From Trueperaceae bacterium (GTDB taxonomy: Bacteria; Deinococcota; Deinococci; Deinococcales; Trueperaceae): a stretch of 64,000 nucleotides of DNA. Where the stretch lies: the NCBI GenBank assembly GCA_965213925.1, contig OZ243927.1:1056001-1120000 (forward strand), read 5' to 3'. This document shows positions 58,229 to 64,000 of the stretch, piece after piece (the stretch's first letter is position 1; each line of letters starts with the position of its first letter). A program made the position numbers and the translations under genes. Below the pieces are notes generated by a model. It was given only the letters and a program-made list of their open reading frames with translations. It was not told where the DNA came from and did no database searches.

Positions 58229-58801
58229 ATGAAACTCAATCCGGTCGCAAAATCCAGGTTTTTATTCGGCTCAAAGACGATGTCAAGCTTTATCGCACTC
58301 GTTCTTCTCACCACTTTAGGCATTGCCACCTGGCAGCTTGGACAACTCAACCCGCCCGCGCCCTACCGTGCGCCTCTGCTTAACCTTCATCTCACAGGCG
58401 CAGCGGTGGGTAACTTCGACTTTAGTGCGGACGCGCTCGCTACGAGAGAGGTTAGTCCAACGGGATTTGTCTTCAAAACGGAGGAAGATGCGGGGCTGGG
58501 GTTTCGGCTCGAGTTCAGCGGTTCACCCGAGGCGCAAAGAAATGCGGTCTACGACCTGAGCGCCGACTACCCTCTCACTTTGACGCTCTTTGACGGAGAA
58601 GCGGTCAGCGCAACCTTTACAGCAACCGAAGGCACCGCAGAATTTAGCGGCGAGAGCGGCAGAGTCGCTGCGTTTATGACTGACGAGCGCGGGCGCAACC
58701 TCTTCTTAGGCGCGAACTTTGCGTATTCGGAGGATGAAGCGTGCAGCGAGACCTACCGGTTCTGCTTCAACGCGGGGGATTGGGCGGCTCGAGGGCGATA
58801 G
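58229..58801 (+). CDS. Hypothetical single-TM/exported protein
   Basis: AAGGAGG RBS; one hydrophobic segment then a beta-rich domain. Confidence 0.7.
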   Translation: MKLNPVAKSRFLFGSKTMSSFIALVLLTTLGIATWQLGQLNPPAPYRAPLLNLHLTGAAVGNFDFSADALATREVSPTGFVFKTEEDAGLGFRLEFSGSPEAQRNAVYDLSADYPLTLTLFDGEAVSATFTATEGTAEFSGESGRVAAFMTDERGRNLFLGANFAYSEDEACSETYRFCFNAGDWAARGR

Positions 58802-58835
58802 CCGAACAGAAAGCGCCCGTGTCAATAACCTGCAT

Positions 58836-58869
58836 CAAAAGAAGAGGTCGCGCCCGGCGCGACCTCTTC
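58836..58869. terminator. Terminator of the rpsF-ssb-rpsR-rplI operon (probably bidirectional)
   Basis: GAAGAGGTCGCGCC-C-GGCGCGACCTCTTC with a flanking A tract. Confidence 0.8.
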
Positions 58870-58886
58870 CTCGTTTTGCTCAACAG

Positions 58887-59447
58887 TTAAGCTTCTTCTT
58901 GCTCGCCCTCGGTGTTCGCCTCAGCAGCCACTTCGTCCGATGCTTGCTCAGCCTCAGCGGGTTCAGCCTTCGCTGCCGCCGAGGTCGGTCTGGGCGCGTT
59001 CGGGTCGTCGCTCAGCACGAGCACTTTGAGGTCGATAGGAACGTCAGGGTGCGGTTTGTAAACGATGGTGTACTCGCCTAGCGTTTTGATGGGCTCGGAG
59101 AGCACCAACTTACGGCGGTCGATCTCGACATCGTAAGCCTGCTCGACCGCCTCAGCGATGTCTCTGTTGCCGACCGAGCCGTAGATGCGCTCTTCACCGG
59201 CGCGCACGCGAATCTCGACGCCCGCGTCGCCTAAAAGCTCCTTGAGGCGCTCCGCGTCGGACTTGCGCTCAGAAAGCTGTTTGGCGCGTTGCTGAAGCCG
59301 CGCGTCAAGCTCGGCTTTGTTCGCTTGGGTGGCGGGCAAGGCTAGGCTGCGCGGCACTAAGTAGTTACGCGCGTAACCCGGCTTGACGTTCACCATCTCG
59401 CCCGCATCGCCCAAGTTGTCTACGGGCTCGAGTAAAATCACATTCAT
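58887..59447 (-). CDS. rplI: 50S ribosomal protein L9
   Basis: LG..G..V.VKPGYARNYLVP; acidic tail. Confidence 0.97.
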   Translation of the reverse strand: MNVILLEPVDNLGDAGEMVNVKPGYARNYLVPRSLALPATQANKAELDARLQQRAKQLSERKSDAERLKELLGDAGVEIRVRAGEERIYGSVGNRDIAEAVEQAYDVEIDRRKLVLSEPIKTLGEYTIVYKPHPDVPIDLKVLVLSDDPNAPRPTSAAAKAEPAEAEQASDEVAAEANTEGEQEEA

Positions 59448-59728
59448 CGGCGCACCAACTTCTCGGTAATCGGAACTATCGCCAACATCCGCGCCCGCTT
59501 GATGGTCGTCGCGAGCCTACGCTGATGCTTCGCGCACACCCCCGAGCGGCGACGCGGCAAGATTTTCGCCGTGTCGGAGATGAAGCGGCGCAGCATCCGC
59601 GCGTCGTGGTAATCCGTCACTTCTTGTTCGCCGGTGCAAAAGGGGCAGACCTTGGGGCGGCGACCTCTGCGTCCGCCGCGCCTATCGTCCCTGCCGCCAC
59701 CTCTTCGTTTTCCTCTATCTTGTGCCAT
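59444..59728 (-). CDS. rpsR: 30S ribosomal protein S18
   Basis: CPFC, KILPRR.SG.CAKHQR.L...IKRAR. Confidence 0.97.
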   Translation of the reverse strand: MAQDRGKRRGGGRDDRRGGRRGRRPKVCPFCTGEQEVTDYHDARMLRRFISDTAKILPRRRSGVCAKHQRRLATTIKRARMLAIVPITEKLVRR

Positions 59729-60577
59729 TTAGAAAGGTAAATCCTCTTCTGGTGGAAACTCCTCGTCGATATCGAGAGCTGGGCTCTTACGACTCGTCTG
59801 TTCCTGACCCCTTTGGGCGTCCCTCGCCGTGCTTGGGCTGGGACGGGTGCCGGTGCCACCACCACCGGGACCACGGGTCAAGTATTCAACACGCATCCCC
59901 TCGAGCTTGTCCTTATAGTTGCGGTTGCCGTCTTTGTCGGTCCAGTTGTCCGTGACCAAGCGCCCCATGACCATCACAGGGTCGCCCTTGCCGAGTTCGG
60001 CGCAGCCTTCAGCGAGGTCACGCCACACGTTCACCTCGATGAAGTGAACGCTCTCTTGGTCCTGACCATTTCGGTCGCGGTACTGATCATTGACCGCAAC
60101 GACAAAGCGCGTCACCGCGTCGCCTGAGGGGGTGTAGCGAAGCTCAGCGTCCTTGATCAAGTTACCGATAATCGTCACTTGATTGAGCGCGTTAGTTAGG
60201 CGCTCTTGACCTCTCGCGTCCAAGACCGTCGGTTCTTTGCGCGGTCCGTGCTGCAAGGCTTCCACGCGAATCGCGTTGATGCCCAGCGCACTCCTCTTCT
60301 GCCCGTTTTGGTCTTCCCAAGTGCGGTAGTTCAGGCGTCCGTCTACGAAAACGGGCGTGCCCGTATCCAACTGGTCCGCCAGATACTCCGCTTGCTTGCC
60401 GAAGACCGTCACGCGGTGATACCACGCCAAATCGCGCGCTTGACCGTCAGAGCCAATCACGTGATCGTTGCCACCTAAGTTGAGTTCGAGGATTGCAAGA
60501 CCACCGGCGGTATATTTCATCTCCGGTGCTTGGGTCAGGGTGCCTGCTAAGTGGACGCTGTTAAAGCCTCTTGCCAT
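59729..60577 (-). CDS. ssb: Single-stranded DNA-binding protein (two OB folds)
   Basis: Two tandem OB folds; C-terminal EEDLPF. Confidence 0.97.
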   Translation of the reverse strand: MARGFNSVHLAGTLTQAPEMKYTAGGLAILELNLGGNDHVIGSDGQARDLAWYHRVTVFGKQAEYLADQLDTGTPVFVDGRLNYRTWEDQNGQKRSALGINAIRVEALQHGPRKEPTVLDARGQERLTNALNQVTIIGNLIKDAELRYTPSGDAVTRFVVAVNDQYRDRNGQDQESVHFIEVNVWRDLAEGCAELGKGDPVMVMGRLVTDNWTDKDGNRNYKDKLEGMRVEYLTRGPGGGGTGTRPSPSTARDAQRGQEQTSRKSPALDIDEEFPPEEDLPF

Positions 60578-60626
60578 GATGTTCTCCTTTTATAGTCACG
60601 ATGTGCGTTACTGTCTTCGTTCGAGT

Positions 60627-60977
60627 CTAGTTCGTACGCGTTTGGGGGGCTGCTTGTTGTCTGGGTTTGCGGGGCTTGCGGGTACGCTGCTCTGGGCGGT
60701 CGCGGGTCGCTAAGACGCGCATGACGTTGTCACGCAGACGCAAGTTTCCTTCGACCGTTTTGGGTGCGCTTTCGGGCAGGGTCAGCGAGTAGATAAGGTA
60801 ATATCCCTCGTTGAGCTTGCGAATCGGATAGGCAAGGCGCTTGTTGCCCCACTCGTCCACTTCGGTAATCTCGCCCTCGGCTCGCTCCACCTGCGCGGTG
60901 ACAGCGTCCTTTTCGATCTGGAGCTGCGACTCGTTCAGGTTTGGGTCCAAAATAACGTTGAGCTTGTAGGTCGGCAC
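60627..60977 (-). CDS. rpsF: 30S ribosomal protein S6
   Basis: WGNKRLAYPI.K..EGYY; GGAGG RBS before the GTG at 60977. Confidence 0.96.
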   Translation of the reverse strand: MPTYKLNVILDPNLNESQLQIEKDAVTAQVERAEGEITEVDEWGNKRLAYPIRKLNEGYYLIYSLTLPESAPKTVEGNLRLRDNVMRVLATRDRPEQRTRKPRKPRQQAAPQTRTN

Positions 60978-61120
60978 GGTTTCACCTCCTCTTTGTGTAG
61001 AGTTGCTACGTAGGGTAGCAGCTACCAAGCATAACAGATTTTTGCGGGTTGTGTTGGCAGGTGTCACAGTTTCACGGTTTGACGTGTCGGATGTTTCACT
61101 TCTCTCGCGGTGATGACCGT

Positions 61121-61294
61121 TAGTACATCGTTAAGCAAGTATTGCTACTTATCAGCATGTCACCCTGAGCCGAAGGCGTGAGGGTCTCGCCTTTCAATCT
61201 CTGCCAGAGGAGTCAGCAAGGTCAGAGATTCTTTCACTCCGCTTCGCTACGTTCAGAATGACATGGCTCATCTTTTAACTAACAGAGTAGTTAG
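61121..61294 (-). repeat. Dispersed repeat family A, copy 4 (inverted; core 61158-61263)
   Basis: Reverse complement shares GAATCTCTGACCTTGCTGACTCCTCTG and GGTGACATGCTRATAAGTAGCAAWACTTGCTTAACG with copy 3. Confidence 0.85.
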
Positions 61295-61836
61295 GCGCTT
61301 TTGGAATTTCGAGTGTAGAGAAGGGTAAAAGCTAAGAGATAGATGCCGAGCGCAACCCAGGCGAACGTACCCAAAAGCTCGAAACTCACACCCGGATGAA
61401 CGACCCCTACAAACTCCCTTACCGGTCCTAGCCAAGCAGTACACGGGGGTTGAACGTTCCACGCAAAGGTGCAGCGCAGCAGTGGGAGGTTGAAAAGGAC
61501 GCCAACAGCGCAATAGATAGTGACGACCTGTCGCCAAAGGTAGAAGCTGGACTCGAACCCGCTCTCTTCCTCATCTATCCGCCTTCCAAATCCTAGCGAA
61601 AGAGGTATCAGTATTCGCGCCGCTATACCCGTGAGAAAGCCTATCGGCACAGCGGCGGCGAGCAGGTAGACCGTGATCATCAGAAGTGACGAGACGCGCC
61701 AATAATTAACGAGTTTACGGAAGATAATCTCTCGACCTTTTAGCGCTGCCCAAAAGAGCAGACCGAGCGGCGCGAGCACTGTGAGGAGCACCGCGAGCAC
61801 GAAGTCGAGGCGGACGAGCCAATCATAGAACGTCAC
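61291..61836 (-). CDS. DUF3177-like membrane protein
   Basis: W.V.LD..LAVL.TV..PL.LL.WA, YWRVSSLLMITVYL. Confidence 0.72.
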   Translation of the reverse strand: MTFYDWLVRLDFVLAVLLTVLAPLGLLFWAALKGREIIFRKLVNYWRVSSLLMITVYLLAAAVPIGFLTGIAARILIPLSLGFGRRIDEEESGFESSFYLWRQVVTIYCAVGVLFNLPLLRCTFAWNVQPPCTAWLGPVREFVGVVHPGVSFELLGTFAWVALGIYLLAFTLLYTRNSKSA

Positions 61837-61869
61837 TTCAAAACCTCTTCGCTACCTCTCGCCTCTTGC

Positions 61870-62148
61870 TCAAACTGCCCGCTTGAAAGGATAGACCTCG
61901 AAGCTCTCCCACACGCCCTCGCGGGTATAGATGTCGCTCTGCAAAAATTCGTCTAAGGTCTCCCTCGAGGCAAATTCCGCCACCAGCCCCGAGCCGATGA
62001 CGTTGCCCTCGTCATCCATAATCGCGCCGCCCATAAGAATGCGCTTAGCTTTGACGTGCGGCTCAATTTCACGTAGGTGTTGATCCCTTACCTGCTGGCG
62101 CTTTTCCGCAGCATCTGCCGCGTCTTTCGCTACGATAAAAAAGGTCAT
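61870..62148 (-). CDS. YciI-family protein
   Basis: R..VR..HL, GG, GS, D.Y...GVW. Confidence 0.85.
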   Translation of the reverse strand: MTFFIVAKDAADAAEKRQQVRDQHLREIEPHVKAKRILMGGAIMDDEGNVIGSGLVAEFASRETLDEFLQSDIYTREGVWESFEVYPFKRAV

Positions 62149-62323
62149 GATGAGCCTCCTTGCAAAAATATCTTAATATTTTATTCACCGTTACCTGAAA
62201 GCTGCCCGCGCCGTGACCTCTCCTATAGGGCGCGTTTGACGGATTCGTTAAACTCCTTTATATCAAGGTGCGCTTGCCCTTCGTGAGCGCGCGTCCTACA
62301 CTATGACCAGGAGAAAAACAACT

Positions 62324-62998
62324 ATGGCTTCAATTACGCCGAATATAACCGTTACGGACCGCTCGAGCTTCGTCACTCAGACCTACGCGCACCTCTTGGG
62401 GGCGATTTTGGGCTTCGCAGCTTTAGAGGTCATCTTCTTTCAAACAGGTCTCGCCTTCCCTATCGCGAGCTTTCTGCTCAGCCTGCCCTGGCTAGTGGTT
62501 CTATTCGTCTTTATCGGGGTGAGCTGGGTGGCGGATCACTTCGCGGCGCGCTCAGTGTCGCTGGAGGTGCAGTATGCGGCGCTCATCGGCTTCGTCGTCG
62601 CTGAGGCAATTATCTTTGTGCCGCTCCTCTTTTTGGCGCAGTCTTACGCGCCCGGCGTCATCCAGAGCGCCGCGCTCGTCACGCTCATCGGCTTTTCTGG
62701 GCTCACGGCGGTCGCCTGGAGTGAGCGGCGCGACTTTAGCTTCCTGGGCGGACTCGTGAAGTGGGGCTTCGCCTCCGCGCTACTCGTCATCGTTGCGGGC
62801 GCTATCTTCGGCTTTCATCTCGGCACGTTTTTCTCGGTGGCGATGGTGGTGCTTGCAGGCGCGTCGATTCTCTATCAGACCTCGAGCGTGCTGCACCACT
62901 ACCCCGAAGACCGCTACGTGTCCGCCTCACTCGCTCTTTTCGCGTCCGTGGCGATGATGTTCTGGTACGTTTTGCAGATTTTCATGGGGCGAGACTGA
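62324..62998 (+). CDS. Bax inhibitor-1/YccA-family membrane protein
   Basis: 7 TMs; R.SFV.QTY.HL, DFSFLG, ILYQTS, YV.ASL.LF. Confidence 0.88.
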   Translation: MASITPNITVTDRSSFVTQTYAHLLGAILGFAALEVIFFQTGLAFPIASFLLSLPWLVVLFVFIGVSWVADHFAARSVSLEVQYAALIGFVVAEAIIFVPLLFLAQSYAPGVIQSAALVTLIGFSGLTAVAWSERRDFSFLGGLVKWGFASALLVIVAGAIFGFHLGTFFSVAMVVLAGASILYQTSSVLHHYPEDRYVSASLALFASVAMMFWYVLQIFMGRD

Positions 62999-63000
62999 CT

Positions 63001-63071
63001 CCAGCGTTAAGTCAAAAATGAGTCGCGTCATTATTCTATTGACGCCATATTAACTGACGCCGTATTAACTG
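63001..63071 (+). repeat. Internally deleted family A copy 5 with a 15-bp tandem duplication
   Basis: CAGCGTTAAGTCAAAAATGAGTCGCGTCATT matches the copy 1 left arm; TGACGCCRTATTAAC x2 at 63040-63069. Confidence 0.65.
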
Positions 63072-63076
63072 TGGAG

Positions 63077-63110
63077 GCGAGAGGCGGGTGTTTACTCGCC
63101 TCTCGCTTTT
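63077..63110 (+). terminator. Intrinsic terminator
   Basis: GCGAGAGGCGGGT-GTTT-ACTCGCCTCTCGC-TTTT. Confidence 0.8.
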
Positions 63111-63169
63111 GCTGCGCGATCCAAAAGAAGTTAAGAAGTTCCCCCGCGGCAACCGGGTTACAATGAAGC

Positions 63170-64000
63170 ATGGCTCACCTCCGTACAGACGAAGCAGACG
63201 CCCTCTTAGACAGAGAATTTCGCGTGCTCGACAAAGGATTCGTGCGTTTAGTGGACTACTTGGGCACGGACGCTCGCATCGTGCAGGCGGCGCGCGTCTC
63301 TTACGGTGAAGGCACCAAAAGCGTGCGCGAAGACGCTGCCCTGATCGACTACCTCTTGCGCCACAAGCACACCTCCCCTTTCGAGCAGGTCATCTTGACC
63401 TTTCACCTCAAAATGCCCATCTTCGTGGCGCGCCAGTGGATTCGCCACCGCACGGCGCGGCTCAACGAGATCAGCGGGCGCTACAGCGTGATGAGAGACG
63501 AGTTCTACGCACCGGAGCCAGCGCGCGTGCAGAAGCAGAGCAAGGCGAACAAGCAGGGCTCCTCGGACGAAGTCCCAGCGGAATTACAAGCGCAGGTCGT
63601 GAAGACGCTGCGTCGAGACCAAGAGGTCGCTTATGAACACTACGAAGACCTCTTGGAAGACGACATCGCCCGCGAACTCGCCCGCATCAACCTGCCTTTA
63701 AGCCTCTACACCGAGATGTACTGGCAAATTGACCTCAACAACCTCTTCCACTTCTTAAAGCTACGTCTGGACAGTCACGCGCAGTATGAGATTCGCGTTT
63801 ACGGCGAGGCGATGGCGCAGACCGTCAGGGCGGTTGCGCCCTTGGCTTATGAAGCGTTCGAGGAGCATATTCTGTACGGGCGGAGTTTCTCCAAGAGCGA
63901 ACTCGACCTCTTACGTGAAGCGTTGGACATGGACAAATTAGAAGAAGTGTTAGCGGCGAGTGACATGCGAGGGTCGCGGCAGCGGGAGCTTTTGGAGAAA
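63170..64000 (+). CDS. thyX: FAD-dependent thymidylate synthase (runs off window)
   Basis: Manual translation: GFVRLVD, AARVSY, H.SPFEQ, PIFVARQWIRHRTARLNEISGRYS, RELAR..LP, LR...HAQYEIR. Confidence 0.96.
   Translation, partial: MAHLRTDEADALLDREFRVLDKGFVRLVDYLGTDARIVQAARVSYGEGTKSVREDAALIDYLLRHKHTSPFEQVILTFHLKMPIFVARQWIRHRTARLNEISGRYSVMRDEFYAPEPARVQKQSKANKQGSSDEVPAELQAQVVKTLRRDQEVAYEHYEDLLEDDIARELARINLPLSLYTEMYWQIDLNNLFHFLKLRLDSHAQYEIRVYGEAMAQTVRAVAPLAYEAFEEHILYGRSFSKSELDLLREALDMDKLEEVLAASDMRGSRQRELLEK

Noticed and set aside
60978..61040. S6:S18 autoregulatory leader
   Set aside because: A hairpin is present but the conserved CCG element is not evident

Overview
GC-rich bacterial chromosome segment, most likely Deinococcota and Truepera-like. 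Evidence: a two-OB-fold SSB, Deinococcus-type small repeats, and many leaderless-style genes with a TAnnnT box 5-7 nt before the start codon. Most of it is housekeeping: gmk-rpoZ-coaBC, tsaE/tsaB, ftsH, amtB-glnK, murJ, era, rpsF-ssb-rpsR-rplI, thyX, tRNA-fMet and tRNA-Ile2. Stress-related genes include an inverted-domain (NewPHL-type) photolyase and a Tat-exported ferritin-like protein. Most notable: (1) an uncharacterised three-gene operon (2818-7897) in which two proteins share a paralogous N-terminal domain and a C-terminal roadblock/LC7-like domain and flank an exported membrane protein; (2) a decayed tRNA-Ile2-linked island carrying an in-frame chimera of PLD, half an SNF2 helicase, a restriction-modification C-terminus and a Schlafen/AlbA_2 domain; (3) strong enrichment of the palindrome CTCGAG in all frames, reminiscent of HIP1; (4) two dispersed repeat families, one a nested MITE-like element with 5 copies; (5) an 89-bp tandem duplication that separates a leaderless promoter from the UbiD-family gene; (6) a divergent orphan MreB, a pseudokinase-PASTA protein and a GemA-like gene with a palindromic operator. 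Two single-base frameshifts look like sequencing indels. All family assignments come from motif recognition by eye, not from database searches.
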